From NCBI GenBank assembly GCA_963728205.1, contig CAVSIV010000001.1, forward strand, positions 800,001-864,000: a stretch of 64,000 nt of DNA, in the 5' to 3' direction. The stretch is from an uncultured Chloroflexia bacterium. GTDB taxonomy: Bacteria > Chloroflexota > Dehalococcoidia > UBA2979. Position numbers and translations under genes: made by a program. This document shows, in pieces, positions 53,402-63,565 of this stretch (positions within the stretch are counted from its first letter, which is position 1; each line of letters begins with the position of its first letter). Under the pieces are notes generated by a model. It did no database searches. It had not been told where the DNA came from and saw only the letters and a list, made by a program, of their open reading frames with translations.

Positions 53402-53681
53402 GGGAGGGTCTCCGATTCGCGGTTCGACCCTGCGCCACCGAGTGCACTGACAGGGAGTCGGGCGGCGTCGCAACGGGCCGGGCAGGTCGTAATTGGTCGA
53501 CTACGCCGGTTCAGCGTCCCGTGCGGGCGCGAACCGGAGTCGTTGACCGCATCCTAACACTCCCGCGACGGGCGATGCGAGCGGTGATGTCGTTCGCATC
53601 ACAAACGCTCGGATCAGCTCGCAAGCGTAACTGCGGACGAGAACGGGTATGAAGACGGAGAGTGAGCGTTCCGGTACCCGC

Positions 53682-54296
53682 TCAGGACGTGACGAGGCGC
53701 CCCACCACGAGCTGAGCGATGCCGTGATCGAAGCCGCGGCGACGCAGGAAGTCGTAGAGGCGCCGACGGACGCGCTCTTCGTCGAGGCGCCCGAGGGACG
53801 TCAGCCGGCGCCGTGCGGCGGCGAGGGCGGCCTCGACGTCGTCGTGTTCCTGGAGGACCCGCTCGGCCATGTCTCCGGAGACGCCGTGGCTGCGGAGCTC
53901 CTGCTTGAGCAGGGCAGTGCCCCGGGTCTCGGCACGCATCGAGGCGACATAAGAAGAGGCCCACGCCTCATCGTCGAGGTAGTGGAGCTCGCGCATGCGG
54001 CCTACGGCGTGATCCACCTCGTCTGGGGCGAAGGCCTGGCGGACGAGGGCGGTGCGGAGCTCGGCCTGGGTGCGACGGCGACGCGCGAGGACTTCGAGCG
54101 CGCGTCGCACGGCAAGCCGCTCGCGTCCGCGACGCCGGAGATCCTCCCATGCCGCCGGGCCGAGGGAGGCGCCCTCGTGGAGGGCATGCTCGATGATCTC
54201 TTCGACGGGGAGGAGGCAGGGCTCCTCCCCGTCGTCGATGGTGACGGCTACCACGCCGCGGCGTCGACGCTCGATCGCGGTGATGACGGGGCTCAT
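53682..54296 (-). CDS. recX: Regulatory protein RecX
   Basis: ALEVL.RR.RT..EL, YLDD..W, ELR..GV, LYDFLRRRGF; downstream of recA. Confidence 0.9.
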   Translation of the reverse strand: MSPVITAIERRRRGVVAVTIDDGEEPCLLPVEEIIEHALHEGASLGPAAWEDLRRRGRERLAVRRALEVLARRRRTQAELRTALVRQAFAPDEVDHAVGRMRELHYLDDEAWASSYVASMRAETRGTALLKQELRSHGVSGDMAERVLQEHDDVEAALAAARRRLTSLGRLDEERVRRRLYDFLRRRGFDHGIAQLVVGRLVTS

Positions 54297-54341
54297 CGCG
54301 CGATCGCGTTCATCACCTGGCCTCGTCCTCGCCGCGCCGCG

Positions 54342-55544
54342 CTACGCGTCCACCGCCAGCTCGGCGTCGGCCTCCGCCTCGGCCGTCCTCGGCCTCGGCC
54401 CGATCGGGGCGTCGTTGGCGAGGTCCGCCGCGTCCGCGCCGGCCGGGGTCATGCTCGCGGCGGCCGGTGCGGCGCCGGCCTGCTCGGCGACCTTGGCGAC
54501 GCCGGAGGCGATGCGCACCTTGTGCTCGATTTCGTCGCGGTAGTCGCGGTGCTCGCGGAGGAACTGGCAGGAGTTCGCGCGGCCCTGGCCGAGGCGCTGG
54601 TCGCCGTACGAGTAGAAGGCGCCGAGCTTCTTCACGATCTCGTACTCGGCGGCGAGGTCGAGGATGTCGCCCTCGCGGTTGATGCCGTGCTGGTCCGACG
54701 TGAACATGATGTCGAACTCGGCCTGCCGGAACGGCGGCGCGACCTTGTTCTTCACGACCTTGCAGCGGACGCGGTTGCCGATGAAGGTCTGGCCGTCCTT
54801 CAGCGACTCGATGCGCCGGATGTCGATGCGGACCGACGAGTAGAACTTCAGCGCACGGCCGCCGGGCGTGGTCTCGGGGTTGCCGAAGACGACGCCGACC
54901 TTCTCACGCAGCTGGTTGATGAAGACGAGAGCGGTGCCGGAGCGCGCGCACGCGGCGGTGAGCTTGCGCATGGCCTGGGACATCAGGCGAGCCTGGAGGC
55001 CGGGGAGCGAGTCGCCCATGTCGCCCTCGATCTCGGCACGCGGCACGAGGGCCGCGACGGAGTCGACGACGATGATGTCGACGGCGCTCGACCGGATCAG
55101 GGCCTCGGCGATCTCGAGGGCCTGCTCGCCGGTGTCCGGCTGCGAGACGAGCAGTTCGGCGATGTCGATCCCGCAGGCGCCGGCGTACTCGGGATCGAGC
55201 GCGTGCTCGACGTCGATGTAGGCAGCGGTGCCGCCGCGCGCCTGGCACTCGGCGATCACGTGCTGGGCGAGCGTGGACTTGCCGGCCGACTCCGGCCCGA
55301 AGATCTCGGTGATCCGCCCGCGCGGGACGCCACCGATGCCGAGCGCGATGTCGAGGGACAGCGACCCGGTGGGGATCGAGGAGACGGCGATGGCGGCACC
55401 GGGGTCGCCCAGGCGCATGATCGCGCCCTTGCCGTACTCCTTGGTGATCTGCTCGATTGCCCGCGTCAGTTCCTCGCGACGGGCCTTCCCGTCCTTGATC
55501 TCCTTGACGCCCTTCGGCTCCCTGGAATCCTTGGCCTGGGCCAT
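54342..55544 (-). CDS. recA: Recombinase RecA
   Basis: [46 protein letters not shown]. Confidence 0.98.
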   Translation of the reverse strand: MAQAKDSREPKGVKEIKDGKARREELTRAIEQITKEYGKGAIMRLGDPGAAIAVSSIPTGSLSLDIALGIGGVPRGRITEIFGPESAGKSTLAQHVIAECQARGGTAAYIDVEHALDPEYAGACGIDIAELLVSQPDTGEQALEIAEALIRSSAVDIIVVDSVAALVPRAEIEGDMGDSLPGLQARLMSQAMRKLTAACARSGTALVFINQLREKVGVVFGNPETTPGGRALKFYSSVRIDIRRIESLKDGQTFIGNRVRCKVVKNKVAPPFRQAEFDIMFTSDQHGINREGDILDLAAEYEIVKKLGAFYSYGDQRLGQGRANSCQFLREHRDYRDEIEHKVRIASGVAKVAEQAGAAPAAASMTPAGADAADLANDAPIGPRPRTAEAEADAELAVDA

Positions 55545-55599
55545 GCATGCGCTCCCGTTCGTGGGGGTGCCCCCGCTGCACCGGCCCACCGCGTTCCGA

Positions 55600-55629
55600 A
55601 CAGTAGTAGAACGGCCGTTCTACCGTCAA
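55600..55629 (-). promoter_or_regulatory. recA promoter (TTGACG-N18-TACTGT) whose spacer is a perfect LexA/SOS box GTAGAAC-GGCC-GTTCTAC
   Basis: 18-bp palindrome at 55606-55623 matches the GAAC-N4-GTTC consensus. Confidence 0.85.
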
Positions 55630-55745
55630 GCGGGCTTCTGCGCGCCCGCGGGACACGGCGGGAGAATCGACTATCGTCGACGTCTCGCATCCGCTGTCGA
55701 CTGGTTCGAGTGTAGGCGAGCGCGGCGGGGGACGAACCGGCAGAA

Positions 55746-56075
55746 GTGAGGAGCAAAGCCCTGAACACTGCCGGGAAGCAACCTCTACCGGCGCGGTTCG
55801 CGGTCCACCTCACCCCGCGCGGCGGCCGCGACGTGATCGGCGCGGTGGAGGGCGACACCGTGCGTGTGCGCGTGGCGGCGGCGCCGGTGAACGGGCAGGC
55901 GAACGAGGCGCTGATCCGGCTGCTCGCGAAGCGCCTCCGCGTCGGACGGAACGCGATCCGGATCGTGCGTGGGGGCACGTCGGTTCACAAGGTGCTCGAG
56001 GTCGACGGGGTCACGACGGAGGCGGCGCTGCGGCGGCTCAAGGGGCCGAACGCGGCGGAGCACCCGCCGAGATAG
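55746..56075 (+). CDS. DUF167/YggU family protein
   Basis: V...P, VRVAAAPVNGQANEALI..LAK, I..G.TS..K. Confidence 0.88.
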   Translation: MRSKALNTAGKQPLPARFAVHLTPRGGRDVIGAVEGDTVRVRVAAAPVNGQANEALIRLLAKRLRVGRNAIRIVRGGTSVHKVLEVDGVTTEAALRRLKGPNAAEHPPR

Positions 56076-56088
56076 GAGCGGGGCCGAC

Positions 56089-56168
56089 TCAAGCGGCGGC
56101 AGCATGCCGCCGATACCGCCGCGGCCTTCAGGCCGGCAGGACATCGGCGGCATGCTGCCGCCGCTTGA
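56089..56168. repeat. REPIN-like palindromic element, copy 2
   Basis: Perfect 26-bp arms TCAAGCGGCGGCAGCATGCCGCCGAT / ATCGGCGGCATGCTGCCGCCGCTTGA between convergent genes. Confidence 0.85.
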
Positions 56169-56199
56169 CCGGCGACGTTCTGGGGGGCGCGGCCCGGCG

Positions 56200-58718
56200 C
56201 TACTCCGGCGGCCCCTCGCCCGTGACCCCCGCCTCCACCAACCGCGCGTACTCCTCAGCACCGACGCCGACCTCAGCGAGCACCTCCGCCGAATGCTCCC
56301 CGAGGCGCGGCGATGGGCGCGTCACCGACCCGGGCGTGCGCGCGAGGTGCACGGGCACGCCCACCTGAGGCCACGTCCCCGCCTCCGGGTGGGTCACGTC
56401 CACGATCACCCCGCGCTCGCGGAACACCGGGTCCGCGGCGACCTCGAGGCCGTCCAGCACGGGAGCGGCGGGCACGCCGGCGGCGACCAGCCGAGCGGCC
56501 AGCGTGTCGCGGTCCTCGCCGGCGGTCCAGGCGGCGATCAGCGCGTCGACTGCCTCGACCGCCGCCAGGCGGGCGTCGGCCGTCGCGAAGCGCGGATCGT
56601 CCGCCCACTCGGCGTGGCCGGCGATGGAGCACAGGGTGCGCCACTGCCCGTCGTCCTCGGCGGCGATCGCAATCCAGCGCTGCTCCCCGGCGTTGGGGTA
56701 GATGCCGTATGGCGCGCACGCGAGGTCGCGGTTCCCGAGGCGCGGGCGCACCCGGCCCGTCGCGAAGTACTCGACCATCGCGTCGCCGATTACGGTCTGG
56801 TTCGACTCCTGCATCGACAGGTCGATGTACTGGCCGTCGCCCGTGCGCTCGCGGTGGCGCAGCGCGGTGACAATCGCGCCGTAGCCGTACCAGCCGGCGA
56901 TCGGGTCGGGGATCATCTGGCCGGAGTTGAGCGGCGGGCCGTCGACGTAGCCGAGCAGCGACGACATCCCCGACGTCGGCTCCACCGTGCCGCCGATGCC
57001 GACGACGTCGCGCCACGGCCCGGTCGCGCCGTAGGCGGAGAGGCTGATCATCACGAGGTCCGGCCGGATCGCGCGCAGCGACTCGTAGTCGACGCCGAGG
57101 TTGTGGGCGACGCGCGGGGCGTAGTTCTCGGCGACGACGTCGGCGCCGGCGACGAGGCGGCGGAAGAGGGCGAGCCCCTCGGGGCGGTCGAGGTCGAGCG
57201 TGATCGCGCGCTTGTTGAGGTTGACGGCGTTGTAGAGCGGCCAGCAGTTCCATGAGTGGCGGGCGGTGGGCACGTCGCGCAGCGCGGGCATGAGCGCGTT
57301 GTCGTAGCCGCCGCGCCAGGCGTCGGGCCGGCGGCGCGCCTCGACCTGGATCACGTCGGCGCCCATCAGCCCGAGCTGCTCCGTGCAGTACGTGCCGAGC
57401 CACGCGTGGGTGAGGACGACGGCGCGGATGCCGTCGAGCGGCGGGCGCGGCGGCGGGTCCTGCGCGAGCGGGCGCGGGGGGCGGGTGCGCCGCGTGCGCA
57501 CGACCTCCATGAAGAGGTCGTCGTTGTGCTGGCCGGGCAGGGGCGCGGCCGAGCGCAGCGACCACGGCGTGGCGGACATGCGGAAGGGCGGCCTGCGTCG
57601 CGCTCGATGTAAGTGCGCTCCGCGCTGGGCAGTTCGGAGGCGCGGCGGCGGGGGCGCCGTCGGATTGAGTCGGCAGGCGAGACGCCTGCCGCTCGCCGGA
57701 CGGCGCGGGCGGCGGGCGGGCGGACGAAGAAGTCGCGAGCCCGCAGATGCTCGTTCTTCGCCAGCTCGTCGACCGTGACCACGGGGCCCGCGATCACGCG
57801 CAGCGTCGACAGCGTCTCGAACAGCTCCATGCGGTCACGCTGGCGCAGGATCGCCTCGATCGGCGGCGAGAAGGCGTCGCGGTGCTGTGCGACCAGCGCT
57901 TGCGTGGCGAAGCGCGGGTCGTCGGCCATGTCCTGCAGGCCGAGCGCGAGCAGCGCGTCGCGCAGCCGCGGGCCGAGCCCGAACGTGATCGAGAGGTGGC
58001 CGTCGCGCACGGGCACGGGGAACGTGTTGATGACGTCGATCCGCGGGCGGCGCTCCCACGCGCGGCCGGCGTACTCGCTGCGCAGCACGCCGGGGCCGAA
58101 GAGGCCGAGCATCGCCTCGGTCTCCGCGACATCGACGCGCTGTCCGTAGCCGAACCGCTCGCGCGCGAGCAGCGCGGTGACGGCGGCGCCGTACGCGGCG
58201 ATGCCGGCGACGTACGAGCCGACGAGCCCGCTCGGCTTCAGCGGCTCGCGGTCGGCGAGGCCGTTGATCGACGCCCAGCCCGACAGGGCGGCCGACGTGA
58301 GGTCGTTCCCCGGCCGGCCGGCGCGCGCGCCGCTGAGGCCGTGCGGCGTGATCGCGACGAGCACTGCGTCGGGGTTCGCCGCCTCGACGGCCTCGCGCGA
58401 CAGCCCCCAGTCCGCGAGCGACGCGGGCGGCGGACCCTCGAGCACGACGTCGCTGCGCGCGGCGAGCGCGACGACAGCGGCCCGGTGGTCGGGCACGGCC
58501 GGGTCGGCCTGCAGCGAGCGCTTGTTCGCGAGGACGTAGTCGGCGAGCAGGCTGTGGCCGTCGACGGCGAGGGGCGGGCGGTGGCGCAGCGGGTGGCCCG
58601 CCGGCGGCTCGACGATGACGACGTCGGCGCCGTAGTCGGCGAGCAGTCGCGAGCACCACGCGCCGGCGACCGAGCCGGTGAGGTCGAGCACGCGGATGTC
58701 TTCGAGGGCGGCAGGCAT
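56200..58718 (-). CDS. Two-domain CaiB/BaiF CoA-transferase interrupted by an insert/frameshift at ~57590-57720 (ORFs 57366-58718 and 56200-57579)
   Basis: Domain 1 (LEDIRVLDL..LADYGADV) breaks after RARDFFV; its tail PPFRMSATP..AP.PGQH and domain 2 continue in another frame. Confidence 0.82.
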
Positions 58719-58742
58719 CGCGCGCGATGATAGCGGGCGGTG

Positions 58743-59171
58743 CTACCCCGAGCCCGACTCGAGGAACGCCTCGGTGAGCCAGCCGCGCACGTCGTCGTCG
58801 ACGTCCGCCGGGTCCCGGAGGTCGACACGGTGGGCGTACTTGCCCTGGTACGCGCGCGAGCCGGCGTGCGCGCGCGGGTCCTCGAGCGGCCACGGCAGCA
58901 TGAACGTCAGCGCGACGTGCCGCCGGCGCGGCCGCAGCACGGCGAACGTCGGTCCGTGCTTGACGAGGACGCCGATGTGCACGGGCTCGACCAGCGCGCC
59001 GTCGAGCTCGGCGAGCATGTCAAGCGCGGCCTCGTAGATCGGGACGAGCGCCGGGTCCTGGGTGGCGAGGAAGGCGTCGATGCCGAGCGCGGGCTCGCAC
59101 ACGTGGCCCTGGCCGCGCCGGCCGAAGCCGCGGCCGCACTCCGGGCAGGTCCAGTTCGCCGTCGCCGACAT
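58743..59171 (-). CDS. DUF5655-like protein with N-terminal zinc knuckle
   Basis: WTCPECGR.F....Q.H.C and DVDDDVRGWL.EA. Confidence 0.75.
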   Translation of the reverse strand: MSATANWTCPECGRGFGRRGQGHVCEPALGIDAFLATQDPALVPIYEAALDMLAELDGALVEPVHIGVLVKHGPTFAVLRPRRRHVALTFMLPWPLEDPRAHAGSRAYQGKYAHRVDLRDPADVDDDVRGWLTEAFLESGSG

Positions 59172-59188
59172 GCCACTGAGCGTACCCA

Positions 59189-59279
59189 AAGCGGCGGCAG
59201 CCATGCCGCCGAGAGATGCGCGGTGTCAGCCGCCCGCACGGGCGTTCGGGGCGGATCGGCGGCATGACTGCCGCCGCTT
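59189..59279. repeat. REPIN-like palindromic element, copy 3
   Basis: AAGCGGCGGCAGCCATGCCGCCGA ... TCGGCGGCATGACTGCCGCCGCTT. Confidence 0.75.
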
Positions 59280-59298
59280 CAGCGGGGCAGGGGTGCGG

Positions 59299-59547
59299 TC
59301 ACGCCCCCTGCAGCGCCGACGAGATCACGAACAGGATCAGGATCGCCACCATCGGGGTGATGTCGACGGCGCCGATGGTCGGGATCACACGCCGCAGCGG
59401 GTCGAGCACCGGCTCCGTGATGGTGTGCAGCACCTGCTGCACCGACCCATTCTTGTCGATCGGGAACCAGCTCAGGATCGCCTCCGCGAAGATCGCGAAG
59501 ATCAGGATCTGGACGAGGAGCTGGACGATCTGGATGACCGCGGACAT
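59299..59547 (-). CDS. yggT: YggT family membrane protein
   Basis: ILSWFP, ITEPVL.PLRRVIP, DITP. Confidence 0.93.
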   Translation of the reverse strand: MSAVIQIVQLLVQILIFAIFAEAILSWFPIDKNGSVQQVLHTITEPVLDPLRRVIPTIGAVDITPMVAILILFVISSALQGA

Positions 59548-59553
59548 CGCTGC

Positions 59554-60354
59554 CTACTCTCCGAGTTCGACGGCGCGCATGTACGCCGCCTCGATCGCCT
59601 CATCGACGGCCGCGCGCAGCCCCGACGCCTCGAGCTCGGCGAGTGCGGCGGCGGTCGTGCCGCCGGGCGACGTCACCGCGTTGCGCAGCTCCGCCGGGTG
59701 TCGGCCCGTCTCGATGGCGTAGCGCGCGGCGCCGGCGACGGTGGCGAGCACGAGCGACTGCGCCTCGCCGCGCTTCATGCCGAGCCGCACGGCCGCGTCG
59801 ATCATCGACTCGATCAGGAGGTAGACGTACGCCGGGCCGGAGCCGTGCAGCGCCGTCGCGAGGTCGACGGAGTCGTCGTCGTGCACCTCGACGACGGCGG
59901 TCGCGACGCCGCCGAGGATGGCGCGCACCAGTTCGAGTTGAGGGGCGGTGACTTCGGGCGCCGCGAGGAAGACGGCGGCGCCCTCGCCGATGGCGGCGGG
60001 GAGGTTGGGCATCACGCGGACGCAGGCGCGATGGCCGGTGTAGCGCTTCACGTCGTCGAGCCGCACGCCGGCGGCGATCGAGATCGCGACGGCGCCGGCG
60101 GCGAAGCGGCCCTGCAGGCCGCGGGCGACGTCGGGGAGGTCCTGCGGCTTCACGGCGAAGAGGATGACGTCGGCGCCGATGCAGGCGCTCTCGGCGTCGT
60201 CGGTGACGCGCACGCCGTGCTCGCGGAGCTGGACGCGGCGGGCCTCGAAGAGCTCGGCGACGGCGATCTCGGAGGGGGAGGCGATCTCGGCGCGGATCAT
60301 GCCGCGCAGGAAGGCCTCGCCCATGAAGCCGCCGCCGATGATCGCGATCCGCAT
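59554..60354 (-). CDS. proC: Pyrroline-5-carboxylate reductase
   Basis: IGGGFMG, AVKPQ, ISIAAG, RVMPN, GSGPAY, VTSPGGTT. Confidence 0.96.
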   Translation of the reverse strand: MRIAIIGGGFMGEAFLRGMIRAEIASPSEIAVAELFEARRVQLREHGVRVTDDAESACIGADVILFAVKPQDLPDVARGLQGRFAAGAVAISIAAGVRLDDVKRYTGHRACVRVMPNLPAAIGEGAAVFLAAPEVTAPQLELVRAILGGVATAVVEVHDDDSVDLATALHGSGPAYVYLLIESMIDAAVRLGMKRGEAQSLVLATVAGAARYAIETGRHPAELRNAVTSPGGTTAAALAELEASGLRAAVDEAIEAAYMRAVELGE

Positions 60355-60383
60355 CGTGCCGCTCCTGCCGTCACCGCCGCGCG

Positions 60384-60522
60384 GCTCGGTCCGCGAGGGC
60401 GCTCGGTCCGCGAGGGCTGCTCAGCCCGCGGGGCTGCTCAGCCCGCTGACGCGGGGCCGTTCGCCGCGAGGGCGCGCGGTCCGCGCGGGGCCGCTCAGCC
60501 CGCTGACGCGGGGCCGTTCGCC
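60384..60522. repeat. Local repeat cluster: 2x GCTCGGTCCGCGAGGGC and 2x GCTCAGCCCGCTGACGCGGGGCCGTTCGCC
   Basis: Exact duplications visible; the second 30-mer (60493-60522) contains the yggS stop codon. Confidence 0.75.
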
Positions 60523-61235
60523 CCAGGCTCGGCGCGCTCTCCGAAGATCGCGCGGCCGACGCGCACGACCGTGGCGCCCTCCTCCACGGCGACTTCGAAG
60601 TCGCCGGTCATCCCCATCGACAGGCCGGCCAGGCCGTGGGCCGTCGCGAGCTCGCGGAGCGCTCGGAACACCGGGCGCGCCTCCTGCGGATCGCTGACGG
60701 CTGGAGCCACGGTCATCAGGCCGACGACCTCGACGGACGGGCTGGCGGCGGCCGCCTGCAGCAACGCGTCGAGATCGCCGGGCGCCACCCCGTGCTTCTG
60801 CGCCTCGCCGGCCACGTTGACCTCAAGGTAGCAGGGGAGGTGGGCGGGCGCACCCGCGCGCATGCGGGCCGCGGCAGCGGCCGGGAGGCGGCGGTCGATC
60901 TCGGCGACCAGGGCAGCGGAGTCGAGCGAATGCAGCGCATGGACGTGCGGGAGCACGTCTCGCGCCTTGTTGCGCTGCAGGTGTCCGATGAAGTGCCACC
61001 GCGGCGCGAGGCCGGCCATGGCCGCGGCCTCCGCCTTCGGCACGAGTTCCTGCGCGCGGTTCTCGCCGAGGTCGACCTGGCCCGCGGCGAACGCCTCGCG
61101 CACGACCGCGAGCGGGTGGGTCTTCGTGACGGCGACCAGCGCGACTTCCGCCGGGTCGCGCCCCGCGCGCATGCACGCCGCGGCGATGCGGGCGCGCACG
61201 GCATCGAGGCGCGCGGCGATCGTGTCGGCGGTCAT
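60495..61235 (-). CDS. yggS: PLP homeostasis protein YggS
   Basis: LVAVTKT, GENRAQE, WHFIGHLQRNK, GLMT, LSMGMT.D, VRVGRAIFG. Confidence 0.95.
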   Translation of the reverse strand: MTADTIAARLDAVRARIAAACMRAGRDPAEVALVAVTKTHPLAVVREAFAAGQVDLGENRAQELVPKAEAAAMAGLAPRWHFIGHLQRNKARDVLPHVHALHSLDSAALVAEIDRRLPAAAAARMRAGAPAHLPCYLEVNVAGEAQKHGVAPGDLDALLQAAAASPSVEVVGLMTVAPAVSDPQEARPVFRALRELATAHGLAGLSMGMTGDFEVAVEEGATVVRVGRAIFGERAEPGANGPASAG

Positions 61236-61484
61236 GCGGGGAGCGTAGCGCCGCGGGCGCCACGGTCGAGCGGCGGCCGGCAGGGCGCCCGATCCCTCCA
61301 CGCACTACGTGAGCCCGGTGGCCGCACCCGGGAGGCAGCCATCGGTGCCGCGGACGATCCCGGGGCGGCCCCGCGAGCCGGGCGCCGGCGGTGCGCGATG
61401 GGTGGGAGGGATCGGCACCCTGCCAGGTGCCGCTCGACCCGTCCGCGCGCAGGCGGGCGTCCGCCCGCCGCGCCGGCGGCAGCT

Positions 61485-63131
61485 CTAGCAGACCCCGCAG
61501 AGCTTGCAGCCCACCTCGGGCGGCGGGCAGGGGATTGTCGCCTTCACGCGGTCGTGCTTGTCCATCTCGCGCAGCAGGAACCGCTCGGTCATGCCGACGT
61601 CGACGATGTGCCAGGGCGGCTTCTCGCCCTCCCACGGCAGCGGGCCGTCGAGGCCGTGCTCGCGCATCGCGCGCTTGAACGAGCCGAGCGAGTTGTCCTC
61701 CATCTCGGCCAGCATCGGCGCGAGGCGGGCGTCGGCGCGCGACAGCACGTCGTCGACGCGAGCGGTCCACGGGGAGTCGCTGCGGAACTCGATGCCGGAG
61801 GCGAGGTGCTGCTTGAGGATGCCCTGCCGCGTCTTCACGGTCGCGATGTCGGACTGCTCCTGGTACTGGTACGCGGTCCACGGCTTCGGCACGAGCGGCG
61901 ACACGGCCATGACGAGGCGCGTGCCGTTCCCCGCGGCGTCGAGGCGCTCCTTGATGCGGTTGCCGAGCATCGCCATCGCGTAGACGTCGTCGTCCTCTTC
62001 GCCCGGCAGCCCGACCATGAAGTAGAGCTTGAAGCGCCGCGCGCCCGAGCGGCCGACCATGTCGGCGCCGCGCAGGATGTGGTCGTCGTTCACGCCCTTG
62101 TTGATCGCCTGGCGCATGCGCTCGGAGCCGGCCTCGGGCGCGACGGTGACCGTCTTCGTGCCGCCGGCGGCGAGCGCGCGCAGCACGGCCGGGTCGAGGT
62201 TGTCGACGCGCAGCGACGAGATCGAGATCTTCGCGCCGGCGGCGGTGGCCCGCGTCGCCAGCTCGCCGAGCTCCGGGTGGTCCGCGACGGCAGCGCCGAG
62301 CAGGCCGACCTTGTCGGTGTGGCCGAGCGAGTGCTCGACGATGCGCATGAGCTCGTCGACGGGGCGGTAGCGAGGGGGGCGGAAGACATAACCAGCGATG
62401 CAGAAGCGGCAGCCGCGGCCGCAGCCGCGCGCGCACTCGATCAGCGTCATGTCGGACAGCTCGGTGTCGGAGGTGAGCACGGTGGAGTACGCCTCGGTGC
62501 CGGCGAGATCGTGCACGTACTGGCGCTCGATGGCGCCCCAGACGGGCGGGCGCGTGGGCACGTAGATGCCGGGGACGCGCGACATCGTTTCGAGCAGGTC
62601 GTCGCGTCCGCCGAACAGGCCGTCGCGCCAGGCGGCGACGAGCGAGGGGATGATCTCTTCGCCCTCGCCGATCACGACGGCGTCGAGGAACGGGGCGACC
62701 CCGGCAGGATTCGTGAGCATGCACGCGCCGCCGGCGATCACGAGCGGGTGACGCTCGTCGCGCTCGTGGGCGTAGAGCGGGATGCCCGCGCTCTTCAGGC
62801 ACTGGACCATGTTGAAGTAGTCGTATTCGTACGACAGCGTGAAGCCGACGACGGCGAAGTCGCCGAGCGGGCGCTGCGACTCGATCGAGACGACGGGCGC
62901 GGGGTGGCGCTCGCCTGGGCCGGGCGGGTCGTAGAAGGCGCGCTCGCAGACGAAGTCGTCGTAGGCGTTGAAGAGCGCGTAGACGGTCTGCAGCGCGAGG
63001 TTCGACATCCCGATGTAGTAGGAGTTCGGGTACACGAAGGCGACGGGGATGCGGCCACCCCAGTCCTTGATGGTGACGCCGCGCTCATGGAGCAGGCGCT
63101 GCCGGGCGATCTCTCGAACGTCGTGCTTCAC
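61485..63131 (-). CDS. Radical SAM protein (B12-binding-like N-terminus, TIGR03960-like)
   Basis: YPNSY.IGMSNL, RGCGRGCRFC, APEAGSERMR, YFMVGLP, C-terminal C..CGVC. Confidence 0.88.
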   Translation of the reverse strand: MKHDVREIARQRLLHERGVTIKDWGGRIPVAFVYPNSYYIGMSNLALQTVYALFNAYDDFVCERAFYDPPGPGERHPAPVVSIESQRPLGDFAVVGFTLSYEYDYFNMVQCLKSAGIPLYAHERDERHPLVIAGGACMLTNPAGVAPFLDAVVIGEGEEIIPSLVAAWRDGLFGGRDDLLETMSRVPGIYVPTRPPVWGAIERQYVHDLAGTEAYSTVLTSDTELSDMTLIECARGCGRGCRFCIAGYVFRPPRYRPVDELMRIVEHSLGHTDKVGLLGAAVADHPELGELATRATAAGAKISISSLRVDNLDPAVLRALAAGGTKTVTVAPEAGSERMRQAINKGVNDDHILRGADMVGRSGARRFKLYFMVGLPGEEDDDVYAMAMLGNRIKERLDAAGNGTRLVMAVSPLVPKPWTAYQYQEQSDIATVKTRQGILKQHLASGIEFRSDSPWTARVDDVLSRADARLAPMLAEMEDNSLGSFKRAMREHGLDGPLPWEGEKPPWHIVDVGMTERFLLREMDKHDRVKATIPCPPPEVGCKLCGVC

Positions 63132-63197
63132 AGGTGATCCAGCATATGCGGTATGAGGGCGGGCGATAGGGCAGGGGACTGCGGTCCGCTGGCGCGA

Positions 63198-63467
63198 TCA
63201 GCGGCCGAGGATGCGGCGCTCTTCCTCGTCCTGGATGCGCTTGTCGCGCCGCACGAGCCAGGCGATGAACGCGACGATGATGCCGAAGGGGATGAGGGCG
63301 AGCGGCGGGTCCTGGAAGAGCAGGACGAGCGTGGCGCCGAGCAGGATCAGCGAGCCGGCCAGCACCCCGAGCAGGGGCGCGAGCATCTGGAAGACGACCT
63401 TGACCATGACGAGGACTTCGCCCCAGCTGCCCTCGGGCTCTGGCGGCGGCGCGTTGTATCCGTACAT
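63198..63467 (-). CDS. Small hypothetical membrane protein
   Basis: Two to three hydrophobic helices and a charged tail. Confidence 0.6.
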   Translation of the reverse strand: MYGYNAPPPEPEGSWGEVLVMVKVVFQMLAPLLGVLAGSLILLGATLVLLFQDPPLALIPFGIIVAFIAWLVRRDKRIQDEEERRILGR

Positions 63468-63565
63468 GCGCGCAGTGTAGACCCCGGCGAGCCGCGGGCA
63501 TCCCCCTCGGCTCGCCGTTCGGCGTGTTCCGCTAGCATCGCCCTCGCAGCGAAGAGGAGAACGCG

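Noticed and set aside
53402-53680. 6S RNA upstream of rny
   Set aside because: No long closing stem with a central bubble could be found by eye; kept only as a generic structured-leader candidate.
60384-60522. Possible mini CRISPR array (two 30-bp repeats, 27-bp spacer)
   Set aside because: Only two units, GC-rich palindromic spacer, overlaps the yggS stop, no cas genes or AT-rich leader.
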